From positions 1 to 64,000 of the IMG/VR virus record IMGVR_UViG_3300034060_000588: a stretch of 64,000 nucleotides of DNA. One strand, given 5' to 3'. Under the pieces are notes generated by a model. That model saw only the letters and a list, made by a program, of their open reading frames with translations, had not been told where the DNA came from and ran no database searches. A program made the translations under genes and the position numbers. Source of the stretch: a virus. This document shows positions 16,278 to 26,923 of the stretch, one piece after another. Every line of letters starts with the position of its first letter. Positions within the stretch are counted from its first letter, which is position 1.

Positions 16278-19223
16278 TACACCTCCAGCGTCAGTTATTA
16301 CCCAACCTTTAGTTGTTACAAGATAGTTTCTCGCTGTTGCTCCAGCACTTGGTGCAATACTATAGTTTGTTGTTTGAGCGTCAAATGTAACACCAGATTG
16401 TAATGAAACACCTAAAGAAGCCCAACCTTGTAATAAACTGTTATAGTTACCGGTTGTTAGTGTTGTACCACCACCTAAAAATTCGGACATAGAGGTTATA
16501 TTTGAGATAGCCCAACTTCCAACATTGTTTATCAATGTAAGGCTTGTACACCCAAATAAGAAAAAATCTAAATTTGTCATTGCTGTAATATTTGGAGTAC
16601 CAATTACAGTGTTTAAATTTAAACTTATGCATTGATAGAAATTATCGGTATCAATAAACCCAATTTGTCCCCAACTTGTAATAGACGTTATTTTTTTCCT
16701 ATCTATAGAATTTGGGTTGCCCGGTCCAAAATTCCAACCGCTAAGTGATCCGCCAGTATTTACACTAATTGTAATTGTGTAAATACCAGGTGTTATGTAT
16801 GTATGTTGTCTATTCGCATAAGACAACGGGCTTGTATTTCCGTCACCCCAATTAATCGTACCATTAGAATATGCGCCAGTTGATGTAAATGGTAATCTTA
16901 CATTATATATGTCTGTTGTTCCAAAACCAGTTAAGTTTGTATTCCAAACCATAACAAATGGTATTGGTATACCAGGTGTTTGAGACGGTGTTGGGGTCAT
17001 TGTTGGGGTCATTGTTGGTGTTAGGGTTGGTGTCATTGTTGGTGTTGGTGGTATATCACACTCAACACAAGAAATATCATAACTTATTAACAAATTGACA
17101 ATAACAGATGAATTAGTTAACTCGTTATACACTTGTGGTTCACAACCTTCTGTTTGTTGACAAAAATTGTAAATTGTCATCATATTATTTTCAATATCAA
17201 AAACAACCTCACCAATCTGACTGTATTCACTAAATAAACTTCTTAAAACATCAATCCAATCTTGTGTTGTTGGGTAATCCCCAATATTTGTTGAGGTGTA
17301 AAAAACATCTTGTTTTGTTACACCATCAACTATAGTTTCAGCCACAAATACGGCGTTATTTAATACACAATTAAAATCGTCTGTTGTTAAAGAATAAAAC
17401 CCTTCATTATATAACTGACTTACAGATCTTTCACCTATAGTTCCATTACTTTCAAAATTTCCTTCACAAACATTATAAATTTGGTAACTAGCGACTTGTT
17501 TAGTTCCGGTTAATTTAACTGTTTTTGTTTTAGAACAAAAAGTACTATCAACAACTTCAATAACATAAGTACCAGCTGTAAGACCAGTAACTTGTGCACC
17601 GACTTGTCCGTTAACATTAGCACTCCAAATATAACCAAATGGTGGCGTACCATCAGTTGGGAAAACTTTTATAACACCATCATTACCCAAACTAGGTTGT
17701 TGTGTGTATGGTATAAAATCAACACCACTTGATTGTGTTATAACAAAATTTTGACTTTGTGAACAACCATCAGCATCTGTTACAATAGCGGTATAAAAAC
17801 CAGCACATAAATTATTATATGTTGTAACTGGTGATGTTGGGAATCCGTCAATTTGATATGAATATGGTAATGTACCACCGGTTGATACAGTAATTTGTAC
17901 TGCACCATTACATAAACCACAAGTTGTACCTGTTGTTGTTACACCGGTAATTGTAAATTTATTAGTATTAGATACCGTTGTTGTTCCCGTATAAGCACAG
18001 CCGCTTCCATTATCAATAGTAAATGTGTAATTTCCTGAAGGTACGTTACTAAATGTTGTGTTTGTTGAATTAACAATACTCTGTTCTGTATTTCCAGACG
18101 CATCAATAAGTGTATATGTGTAAACACCGATTGGTTGACCTCCGTTTACTATAATTTCAATAGTTCCATCTGAACCATTACAATTTGAATTTGTCGTTGT
18201 TACACTACCAAAACTAAATGAGTTTGGTGTTACTAATAAGACGGTGTCTGTTGTTGTACAAAGTCCTGCGTCTGTAACTAAATAGTTAAACAGACCGGAT
18301 GGTAACCCGCTAAACGTATATGTGTCTGAAAAAGAAATTTCAACCGTCCCATTGGATCCTGAATAATAAAATGGTGCCGTACCTCCAGTTACAATAAGTG
18401 TTATTTCACCATCGCTTGTAAAACAACTAGGTGGTTTTGTATTAATACTTACAACACCAATAGGTAATACATAATCAACATCAACAGTTTTTGATAGTGA
18501 GCAACCATCTGAATCGGTGACGGTAACCCCATAACTTCCTGCTGTAAGTCCGGTAATATTATCTGTGGTTGCACTATTGCTCCATAAATAAGTGTATGGT
18601 GGCGTACCAGTTGTTCCGGTAATAAATATTTTTCCAGCCCCAGTGCCTACAACACAACTTGCGTCATTCACAACGTAAAAACCATAATCTAAAGTATTTG
18701 AACTAAAAACAAAAACACTAGCACTCGTACCTGTACATCCCCCACCATCATCTCCGATAAAATAATATCTACCAGGTGTTAAAGGACTTACTGTGTTTAT
18801 TGCGTTTACTGTTTGTCCACTTGAGATGTAACCTAATGTTGTTTCATAGAGTTCATAATATCCACTACCATAAAATGGGTTAAACTCAAACTCAATAATT
18901 CCATTATCTTCACCACAAGTTGTGTGGGTTACATCATTAATCTGTATTGTACTACCAGAAGAAATCGGTATGTTTAAATAGGTTACTGTGGGTGCTGGTG
19001 ATACACAACTATCTTGTATTTCTAATACATATGTACCAGCGGTAAGACCACTAAAATAATATGTTGTTGTTGCTGCCGATGTTGGTAAAAGGCCAGATGA
19101 TGATGTTTCTGATACCGTATATGGTGCTGTACCACCGGTAATTTCAATATATATTTCACCAACCCCAGTACTTGTACAGTCACCGGTTATAAAAAGATCA
19201 TATGTTATAAATCCACATCCCAT
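16275..19223 (-). CDS. Putative virion adhesin: SprB-like repeats, PT linker, PKD and BspA/DUF285-like C-terminus
   Basis: Multiple GTPPYTYLWSN...TGLTAGSY.VTVTDSDGC repeats; TPTMTPTLTPTM; INWGDG...HTY..PGIYTI; FYQCISL...WAISNITSM...NYNSLLQGW...WVITDAG. Confidence 0.78.
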   Translation of the reverse strand: MGCGFITYDLFITGDCTSTGVGEIYIEITGGTAPYTVSETSSSGLLPTSAATTTYYFSGLTAGTYVLEIQDSCVSPAPTVTYLNIPISSGSTIQINDVTHTTCGEDNGIIEFEFNPFYGSGYYELYETTLGYISSGQTVNAINTVSPLTPGRYYFIGDDGGGCTGTSASVFVFSSNTLDYGFYVVNDASCVVGTGAGKIFITGTTGTPPYTYLWSNSATTDNITGLTAGSYGVTVTDSDGCSLSKTVDVDYVLPIGVVSINTKPPSCFTSDGEITLIVTGGTAPFYYSGSNGTVEISFSDTYTFSGLPSGLFNYLVTDAGLCTTTDTVLLVTPNSFSFGSVTTTNSNCNGSDGTIEIIVNGGQPIGVYTYTLIDASGNTEQSIVNSTNTTFSNVPSGNYTFTIDNGSGCAYTGTTTVSNTNKFTITGVTTTGTTCGLCNGAVQITVSTGGTLPYSYQIDGFPTSPVTTYNNLCAGFYTAIVTDADGCSQSQNFVITQSSGVDFIPYTQQPSLGNDGVIKVFPTDGTPPFGYIWSANVNGQVGAQVTGLTAGTYVIEVVDSTFCSKTKTVKLTGTKQVASYQIYNVCEGNFESNGTIGERSVSQLYNEGFYSLTTDDFNCVLNNAVFVAETIVDGVTKQDVFYTSTNIGDYPTTQDWIDVLRSLFSEYSQIGEVVFDIENNMMTIYNFCQQTEGCEPQVYNELTNSSVIVNLLISYDISCVECDIPPTPTMTPTLTPTMTPTMTPTPSQTPGIPIPFVMVWNTNLTGFGTTDIYNVRLPFTSTGAYSNGTINWGDGNTSPLSYANRQHTYITPGIYTITISVNTGGSLSGWNFGPGNPNSIDRKKITSITSWGQIGFIDTDNFYQCISLNLNTVIGTPNITAMTNLDFFLFGCTSLTLINNVGSWAISNITSMSEFLGGGTTLTTGNYNSLLQGWASLGVSLQSGVTFDAQTTNYSIAPSAGATARNYLVTTKGWVITDAGGV
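16985..17052. repeat. 12-nt coding tandem repeat (TPTM/TPTL)
   Basis: GTTGGGGTCATT x2, GTTGGTGTTAGG, GTTGGTGTCATT. Confidence 0.8.
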
Positions 19224-22200
19224 TATGCATTGTCTATATCTTGTGCGGCACAGAGAATATCAAAGTCTATACCTATGTTTAGTTCAAAAAGTTGTGTAAT
19301 ATCAATCGGTATACAATTATTATTGTAAACATATACTTTATCACCAATAATATTATAAGAAATTCCATATGTAAGTAAACTAGCTAAAGCACCATTTACC
19401 GAGTTTCTCCAAAGGTCTTCACTTGGTATACTAAAAATTGGGTTTGAGTACCCATATCCGTTGAAAAACTCGTATGAAACTACATTAGTCCCATCTATTC
19501 TAATATCCACGTACCAACTTGTTACTAGTGTGTTATAATCACAACTACTTACATTTTCTAAAGTGTCTAAATATTCGTTCAGTAACGTTGTTAATACATC
19601 ACCAAAAGTTTTAATTTGTGGGTCGTTATCCCAAGGAAATAAATTACATTCAACAACTTGTACTGGGCAGTCAAATGGAAAAATTGATGTCGTTAAAGAA
19701 CAAGGTTTACAAGGTATTGGTATAATTTGACAACCACATTGTCTACGCCAAACAAATTTTTGTCTATGAAATATTGAGTTTTCATATCTTACACCGGTGT
19801 TCCATATTGTTGTTGCCGGTACCATTTGTTCTATTAGTCTAATCCAATAATCACCAAGACCATTCACATAATCAATCATTTTTTGATATGTAAAATCATC
19901 ATTTGGTATATTAACATAAGAATCGGATTCTAAATATTTCCAAAATATGGATTGTAATGTTGGGTATCCACCAGTTTTTCCGTCCGTAATGAATTGTCTA
20001 TTTCTAACATTGATCATATTATGCCAGAAAGTTTGTGCAAACTCAAAAAAGGATTTTTCTCTTGGTTTAGGTATTGATTCTGTCCAGTCTATACCACCTC
20101 TTTGTGGATACGGTGTATATGGGAATGGGTTACATTTTGTTGGTGGTACGTAATTTAAACCTTGTTCTGGTATAGGAAAATTGTATGTTCTAGACATAGA
20201 CCAAACGTCATACAAAAGACCTTGTCCTGGATTCAAGAAAATGTCCACATTTTTAACATTTAGTATTAATTTGTCTTCCTCTGCTCTATAATATGCGGTG
20301 AAACCACCATCACTAGAGTTTCTTATACCAGTATTATTACTATTCCAACTTTTTTTATTATCAAGTGTTTTTCTTATTTTGAACCCCATATTTAAGTATG
20401 GGAAATTTCTATATCTATTCAAATATTCTTCCCCATAATTAAATGGTTGTAATTTTGTTTGATATGTTGGGTTATCACCAGTAAAAACACTTACAGTTGG
20501 GTCAAATTCCGCTGGCATTCTGTGTTGGGGTGTTGATTCAAACCAACCACCACCAATCTGGAAAAAGTAATCTTCGGTTACTCTTGGCATACTAGGATAA
20601 CCAAATCTATCTATTGGGTAGTCAACTCTAAGCGTTGTAATATCTTCTATAATTGGCGATGTTGTAAATCCTGTATATGGAACACCAAAAATTGTATAGA
20701 CATCTGTTGGGTCAATAACTGACACTTCATCAACATATGTTCCTGCTGATATTTTTGTAAATCTTGACTCAAATTGATTTATATTAATTTTTTGGTCGGC
20801 AACATAAACATATTCGTTAAACTCAACTAGAGCTTCCGGAGCACCAACAAGTCGTAATAATATCTCAATTGATTTTCTAGTACCTTTTGATTTAAATAAA
20901 AAGGCGGAGTTCATTATTAAATTTCTATAAAACTGGAAGTTCAACTCATCTGGTGTTTGTCCGACTGGTAATCCTTCAAATTCATTTGTCCCTTGTTGAA
21001 AAAGGGATGTTAGTAGTTGTTCGTCACTTATTGGTGATATATTAGTATTCCACCCTAAAGTTTGTGCTAAATTTTTAAGTAGTTGTGATGGAACGTCATT
21101 ACCCACATTATAATTAACCGAGTTCATATTAGCTAAAGAAATGATAAACTTTCTTGTTTCATCAAAACTTCTACCATATATTTGTAATACTTTTTCTATT
21201 TTTTGATCCGGTGTGTCAAATTCTTTTAAAGCACCGGTCGTTAAAAACCTAGATATTAAATTTGTTCTATACTCATCTAAACTAGCACCAATATCATTTA
21301 GTTTATTAAGATAATTGGTAAAATATTGTGTCTTAATGTCTAAATTCCACTGATTTGTCGTAGGAAATGTTGCAAACTCTTTAGTAAACACAAAATTTCC
21401 TAATTCATCTTCAATTGTTTTGTTAAAAAATGCTGTATATTTTGGTACAATGTTTCTATTTAATAAAAATCTTTCAACCTCATCAAGGTCGTTTGAAAAG
21501 ACTTCATTTACGTGTAACTCTTGTGGTCTAATTAGTAAGTTGTCGGTAGATATTGTGTTGTACCCAAATGGTCTTCCTGTAACATAAAGACTCATAACAG
21601 TATCAGTGTCCTCAACACCAGAAAAAAACGTGATTGGGTACTCAACACCATTAATAAACAAAGAATAATTTTTATATTCTACGGTAAAGTTTCTTAACCT
21701 AGAGGTCTCAATTTCTTTTAATTCAATGTTCCTAGTTGAGTTTGTACTATAATCAATGTCAAAAGGGTTTACAATAGAACTCAAATTAACTTCAAAATAC
21801 GTTTCATCGTTAACCTGATTATAAAAAATGTTTTTTGCTGTTTCTTGTGATATAAAATTTGGTAAAACATTATTTATTTCTAACCCAGCTGGAAAAAAAT
21901 TAATTATTCGTGTAACTGAAGCTGACAATCTTTTACTCAATGACCCAAATAATGCAAAATTTGTAATTTCACTTAAATCAAAATTTGGGTAAACTTTTAA
22001 ATTTTTTGCACTATCTATTCTAGACTGTAATAAAGTGTCAATACTCATAGAGTCTAAACTAATCGGTTCTGAAAATGTACCAATATTAAATGTCCTATTA
22101 GTTTTTTCAGTAATAGATGTTGTAAACTGAAAATTTCCTTGGGTAAAACCTCCCCCATCAACTATTTGGAAACCAACTAGATTGTCTGAAAAAGAGCCTT

Positions 22201-22243
22201 GGCCGCTGGCTTGTGGTGGACACGTATATTTAGTTATTGCCAT
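19223..22243 (-). CDS. Baseplate wedge-like protein (gp7/tail protein I-like region)
   Basis: VPSQLLKNLAQTLGW...FLFKSKGTRKSIEILLRLVG motif; context. Confidence 0.6.
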   Translation of the reverse strand: MAITKYTCPPQASGQGSFSDNLVGFQIVDGGGFTQGNFQFTTSITEKTNRTFNIGTFSEPISLDSMSIDTLLQSRIDSAKNLKVYPNFDLSEITNFALFGSLSKRLSASVTRIINFFPAGLEINNVLPNFISQETAKNIFYNQVNDETYFEVNLSSIVNPFDIDYSTNSTRNIELKEIETSRLRNFTVEYKNYSLFINGVEYPITFFSGVEDTDTVMSLYVTGRPFGYNTISTDNLLIRPQELHVNEVFSNDLDEVERFLLNRNIVPKYTAFFNKTIEDELGNFVFTKEFATFPTTNQWNLDIKTQYFTNYLNKLNDIGASLDEYRTNLISRFLTTGALKEFDTPDQKIEKVLQIYGRSFDETRKFIISLANMNSVNYNVGNDVPSQLLKNLAQTLGWNTNISPISDEQLLTSLFQQGTNEFEGLPVGQTPDELNFQFYRNLIMNSAFLFKSKGTRKSIEILLRLVGAPEALVEFNEYVYVADQKININQFESRFTKISAGTYVDEVSVIDPTDVYTIFGVPYTGFTTSPIIEDITTLRVDYPIDRFGYPSMPRVTEDYFFQIGGGWFESTPQHRMPAEFDPTVSVFTGDNPTYQTKLQPFNYGEEYLNRYRNFPYLNMGFKIRKTLDNKKSWNSNNTGIRNSSDGGFTAYYRAEEDKLILNVKNVDIFLNPGQGLLYDVWSMSRTYNFPIPEQGLNYVPPTKCNPFPYTPYPQRGGIDWTESIPKPREKSFFEFAQTFWHNMINVRNRQFITDGKTGGYPTLQSIFWKYLESDSYVNIPNDDFTYQKMIDYVNGLGDYWIRLIEQMVPATTIWNTGVRYENSIFHRQKFVWRRQCGCQIIPIPCKPCSLTTSIFPFDCPVQVVECNLFPWDNDPQIKTFGDVLTTLLNEYLDTLENVSSCDYNTLVTSWYVDIRIDGTNVVSYEFFNGYGYSNPIFSIPSEDLWRNSVNGALASLLTYGISYNIIGDKVYVYNNNCIPIDITQLFELNIGIDFDILCAAQDIDNA

Positions 22244-23151
22244 TATCCGGTTATATTTGTAAAGTTTTTACTAAAGTCTATATTGTTACCTCTATCTTGT
22301 CTTACTTCATATAATAAGTCATTAAATTGATCTTTAATTTCATATAAGTTGTATTGTTTGTAGATATTGTTATCAGAATCGTAAATTGTGTAAATACCAT
22401 CATCAATTGACTTGGTTTGATTACCGTAAAGAGCAATGGCAAGGGTTGAGATGTCGTGTTCAGCAATTTCAATTTCTGTTGTAATCGGATTAAAAAATGT
22501 GTTTGTAATTATTATATTTTGATTTGGTTGACCAATAAATGGTGTTGCGTTTGCTTTATTTGTTGGTGACGAAGATGGTGAAAGGGTACAAAACATCAAA
22601 TTAGTTTGAGTTTCAACATATCTATATCTTATATTCTGTTGAATGCTATTTGTTACGTTCGTTGTTACTGGTTCACAGTAAAACGATGAGGTGACAATTC
22701 TAAAGAAATTTGGTATCTTTGTTCCGTCTGAATTTAAATATTCCACTCTAAACCCAACAAGACCTTGGTTTGTAAATTTATTTAAAAATTGTGTTGGTAC
22801 ATTATTTAAATCAATAACAATACCTTTTACATTTGGTAATGATAATAAAACACCACAATCAGTGATTGATGTTCTAATTTCTGCCGGTCTAATATATAAT
22901 GTGTATATACCTAATTTATTAAATTGATCTACTGGTAGTCTCAAGTTATAAAGACCCCCAAGTATTTCAACACCACTATTGCCACCAGTTTCATTATTAT
23001 GAAAATATGGTCTCAAAACCGTACTTGCGTCCAGTTTTGTTAATACAAAGCTAGTTGTTTCGTCTCTTGATGGGGTATAATTTAATATTATTTCCACATC
23101 ATCTGGACTAACATCTGAAGGTCGTATCGTTCCGTAATTACCTATTGCCAC
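22243..23151 (-). CDS. Putative virion structural protein
   Basis: 302 aa, in baseplate operon, TATTTAT motif upstream. Confidence 0.6.
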   Translation of the reverse strand: MAIGNYGTIRPSDVSPDDVEIILNYTPSRDETTSFVLTKLDASTVLRPYFHNNETGGNSGVEILGGLYNLRLPVDQFNKLGIYTLYIRPAEIRTSITDCGVLLSLPNVKGIVIDLNNVPTQFLNKFTNQGLVGFRVEYLNSDGTKIPNFFRIVTSSFYCEPVTTNVTNSIQQNIRYRYVETQTNLMFCTLSPSSSPTNKANATPFIGQPNQNIIITNTFFNPITTEIEIAEHDISTLAIALYGNQTKSIDDGIYTIYDSDNNIYKQYNLYEIKDQFNDLLYEVRQDRGNNIDFSKNFTNITG

Positions 23152-23188
23152 AAATTAATATTTAACAATTTTATTTTATTATAAATAG

Positions 23189-24364
23189 TTAAAGGTCGCT
23201 TTTTTCAACCTTGAAAAACTTATATCCGTATTTTTCTAAATCACCTAAATTATCTACTTCCCCAATTCTTTCAAATGTTTCAAGTACTGATGTTTTACCA
23301 CGTTCAACAAACACATTACTCAATATTTGTGGTTGATCTATGATATTCATAAGTGCCTCATTTTTTGTAATAGCAGTCATTATCAAATTATCACTGGTAA
23401 AACCAGATGAATATGTGAGATAGATTGTTGTACCGTCTTCATAATCATAGTAATCAATATTATTAATTGTATAGGCAGTGTAGTCAAGTGTTGGGTCTGG
23501 TGTATAAACAATACCTACACATCCAGAAGATCCGGTAACGGGTATTCCGGGTTTAAATTTACCACCTAAAAGTGAGTATTTAGGTCCATATTGTTCCAAA
23601 TCATTTATTGCTGATTGAGTATAACCAGAAATAGCATAAGGAACTGTTGTGTACCCTGACGAGAAAAAATCATTTAGATTTGTATTTGAGTCTCCAGTAA
23701 AAATGTAGTCGTAACTTACTGGTGTTGCACTCCAACTACCAATATTTGGTGTAAAAAACGCAGTTCCTTCTGGGTTAAAAATCGTAACGTTTGTAAATGG
23801 TACTGTTACGGTCTTTGTTATTGTTGATACACCCCAAGGTGAGTTAGCATAAAACGTAATTTCGTATTGTCCAGGTGAAAGTGGGTATGTGTGTGTTGTC
23901 GACGATGTTGTTAATGTTTGTAATGGTGATCCGTCGCCCCAATCTATTTTATATGTTGTTAAACTTAAAAATTTTAAATATTCAGTTTCAGATGTGTTAT
24001 AAAATATATATGTATATGGTGTTGAGGTGTCAGCACTAAATAAAAAGTTTTTCATTAGTGAAGACTGGAGTACCGCACCGTCAAAAACAGAATAATAACC
24101 AATATCAATCGCTGTTTGTGTAAATAAAATCGGTATTGTAAGACCGGTTAATAAAGATGTACCACCAGTTCCACCGCTAAGTATATCTGTTAAACCAGAA
24201 TAATACCCTGTTGTGCCGGTTATTGTTTCTATTGTTGTTGCAGTTATTGGGCAACACTCATCAATATCATAATACGTATTTGTCCCAGCCGTGTATGGTA
24301 CACGAACAATATCAGAAAGTAAATTTCCTGGTGATACTTTAAAGTAATATCTTTGTTCTTCCAT
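23189..24364 (-). CDS. Putative virion protein with PKD domain
   Basis: YKIDWGDGSP...HTYP..PGQYEITF. Confidence 0.68.
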   Translation of the reverse strand: MEEQRYYFKVSPGNLLSDIVRVPYTAGTNTYYDIDECCPITATTIETITGTTGYYSGLTDILSGGTGGTSLLTGLTIPILFTQTAIDIGYYSVFDGAVLQSSLMKNFLFSADTSTPYTYIFYNTSETEYLKFLSLTTYKIDWGDGSPLQTLTTSSTTHTYPLSPGQYEITFYANSPWGVSTITKTVTVPFTNVTIFNPEGTAFFTPNIGSWSATPVSYDYIFTGDSNTNLNDFFSSGYTTVPYAISGYTQSAINDLEQYGPKYSLLGGKFKPGIPVTGSSGCVGIVYTPDPTLDYTAYTINNIDYYDYEDGTTIYLTYSSGFTSDNLIMTAITKNEALMNIIDQPQILSNVFVERGKTSVLETFERIGEVDNLGDLEKYGYKFFKVEKSDL

Positions 24365-24365
24365 T

Positions 24366-25193
24366 TTATGGGTTTACGTATTCATACCAAACAATCGGTG
24401 TTCCATTAACACCAACTACTTGAGTAGGGTTTATTGTGCTAAAAGTCTGATAAGTTTTTGTGTTATAATCTAATTTTACTCTATAATAGAAATAATCGTC
24501 AGAATTAAATGTAAACAAACTTGGTGTGAATGGTGTTATTTGAGGTCTATTCATCATTCTTATAAAATTACCCGTTCTTCCATTAAAAAATTTGGCGCTC
24601 ATATAAAATTCATCAATATCAATATAGTTTCTATCTCTTAACCAATATATAAAAAACCCTTCTTTATCACCCAAATAATCTAAACTAAATTTAGGTTTTC
24701 TTATATTAACATTTGTTACAATCGCAGATAAATTTACGTTTTGAAATTCCCCTTGTTGTACCGGCAATATTATTGAGAAATATATGTTTTGTGTTACATC
24801 GTTGGGCGTGTCATAAAAGTCTAGTTTGAAGAAGGATTTTGTAAAAGGTTTTCTAAAATAGTAGATTTCTGGTGTTGTAAACCCTAAATTAAGGTATGTA
24901 TCGTCCCAATTTGATGTTGTTACCGTTGCGGCAGTTATTGGTAGTGAATAATTATAAAAATTAAATTCATAGTTTATGTTTGTTTTTGTTCTTAAATTTA
25001 CATCAAGATATTCTTGGTGTGCAAATCTACAAATTTCAAAATCATTTGCGATTCCAATAATTTCTTCTAAAATAGTTTTTTGGTATTCATCAATACTATC
25101 GTCTTTACCTGTAAAATCCCATTTCATTTCAATTGGGATGTTAAGATATTTTTCGTTATTATTTGGTACTATTCTGTATTTATTCACACTCAT
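24366..25193 (-). CDS. Putative virion structural protein
   Basis: 275 aa, aromatic/beta-rich, coupled to neighbours. Confidence 0.6.
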   Translation of the reverse strand: MSVNKYRIVPNNNEKYLNIPIEMKWDFTGKDDSIDEYQKTILEEIIGIANDFEICRFAHQEYLDVNLRTKTNINYEFNFYNYSLPITAATVTTSNWDDTYLNLGFTTPEIYYFRKPFTKSFFKLDFYDTPNDVTQNIYFSIILPVQQGEFQNVNLSAIVTNVNIRKPKFSLDYLGDKEGFFIYWLRDRNYIDIDEFYMSAKFFNGRTGNFIRMMNRPQITPFTPSLFTFNSDDYFYYRVKLDYNTKTYQTFSTINPTQVVGVNGTPIVWYEYVNP

Positions 25194-26922
25194 CTACTGT
25201 AGGTTCTGCTATTGTTGTTATATTAGGATTATTAATGTTTGATCCTTCTGGTATAATTCTAAATGTGTAATTTTCATATGGGTAATGTGCATCATTTAAA
25301 AAAGGATAATCAACCCCTCTACCTAAATCGTCTATAAAACCATAATCATAAATATCTCTCCATAAAAATCCATTGGATAGGTTTGAATAAAAAGAATATG
25401 CTGGTATGTTATATAGTCCATCCGGAATTAAGGTTTCAATATAATCTGAAAATATCTTAATTGTTAATGGTTGGTGTGGGTAATAAAAATAACCGAGATT
25501 ATTGGTTAAATTTGTTTTCAGATCAAACCAAGTTGGGTTAAATGTTATTTTATGGTTATATCTAGATACAACCCGTTCTAATTGTTCATAACTGTTCCAC
25601 TCACAAAAATCACCATCCATTGTATTCCCAGAAACAAAATTATTTGTATAAACAAATGGTCCTTGAGTTGGTGTAACGTTACTAAAATATGATGTTGTAG
25701 GATATGTTGTATTTGACAATGAGTTGCCCCACCAAGGATTTGGGTTACCTAAATATAATGGTTGATTAAATTCCCAACCTTGTTTTAGTGGGTTTGTCCA
25801 ACCAAAATAACCCTTCCAAATTACAGTAAAATAAAGTGACGATACTGGTCTTTTTTGATTATCTATGAGGTTTGAAATATCAATGTCGGTATTAAAACTC
25901 AAATTATACGCCCTTGTTATGTCTTTTAAAGACATTCTTTCCTTATTGTTTGGTGTTAAGACGGCTAGTTCTTTTTTATATTTTGTTTTATATATAATTT
26001 CTTCAAACCCAGTTTTGTTTACAACCGCGTCTTCAAGGTTAGTTAATAACTTATGTCTTCTAACATAATATTCCGACACAGTTTCGGGATTTTTTGGATT
26101 AACAATTCTTTTAAACGTTCCTTGTTGGTTTGTTAAAAATGTTGTTCCGGTATAACCAAAATTTGTAAGATTAAAAACATATTCTTCACTATCAAAACCA
26201 CTATTACCTAAACTTGTGACTTGAAAGTATGTATCTCCGTTATAATTTGTTGACAATTCTACCCAGTCGTATAGATTAAGTCCGTGTTTAACTGGACATC
26301 TAAACTGGATCACGTTTTGATTTTGTTCACTACCAATATCAATAATATGTGGTATGCCGTCTAGGGCTGTCCAATACCAAGAAGCATTTGTGACCTCATC
26401 AATTATAAACAAATCTTTGTTGTAATCATTTTCAAATGGGTATGACATATAATATGTCCAATTATACGTTGTAGCACTCTTATTTACGAAATATAGGTGT
26501 GGTGATGTCGCACCTATGTTGGTTGTGTAACCACCAATATTATTATCTTCTCTAATAAAATCAAATTCCCATGCTTGTGGGTTGCCGTCCCAAGCAATTG
26601 TTGTTGGTGTTGCGGCGGTAATTTGGTTTATTTGATTTTGTATTGCATTTGTGTAATACAAATTATTTTTAAATGGTAAGTAATTTGTGGATCCAGTATA
26701 AGAATTTTCAAAAACAATACTAAATTTTGCCGAAGGTCTAAAAATCGTTGATTTTTGTCTTTCGTTGTTATATACAACGGCTAAATCAACGTCAGCGCTC
26801 CTATCAAGTTCATATAGGTCTTTACCTTGTTGTTCTAATGAAACATCAATGGTCGTATCCGTATCAATGCTCACCGCATTTTTTTCAGAACCTAAAATTA
26901 TTGTTGTTTGATCTATCTTCAT
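25180..26922 (-). CDS. Putative virion structural protein
   Basis: 580 aa in baseplate operon. Confidence 0.6.
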   Translation of the reverse strand: MKIDQTTIILGSEKNAVSIDTDTTIDVSLEQQGKDLYELDRSADVDLAVVYNNERQKSTIFRPSAKFSIVFENSYTGSTNYLPFKNNLYYTNAIQNQINQITAATPTTIAWDGNPQAWEFDFIREDNNIGGYTTNIGATSPHLYFVNKSATTYNWTYYMSYPFENDYNKDLFIIDEVTNASWYWTALDGIPHIIDIGSEQNQNVIQFRCPVKHGLNLYDWVELSTNYNGDTYFQVTSLGNSGFDSEEYVFNLTNFGYTGTTFLTNQQGTFKRIVNPKNPETVSEYYVRRHKLLTNLEDAVVNKTGFEEIIYKTKYKKELAVLTPNNKERMSLKDITRAYNLSFNTDIDISNLIDNQKRPVSSLYFTVIWKGYFGWTNPLKQGWEFNQPLYLGNPNPWWGNSLSNTTYPTTSYFSNVTPTQGPFVYTNNFVSGNTMDGDFCEWNSYEQLERVVSRYNHKITFNPTWFDLKTNLTNNLGYFYYPHQPLTIKIFSDYIETLIPDGLYNIPAYSFYSNLSNGFLWRDIYDYGFIDDLGRGVDYPFLNDAHYPYENYTFRIIPEGSNINNPNITTIAEPTVDECE

Positions 26923-26923
26923 C

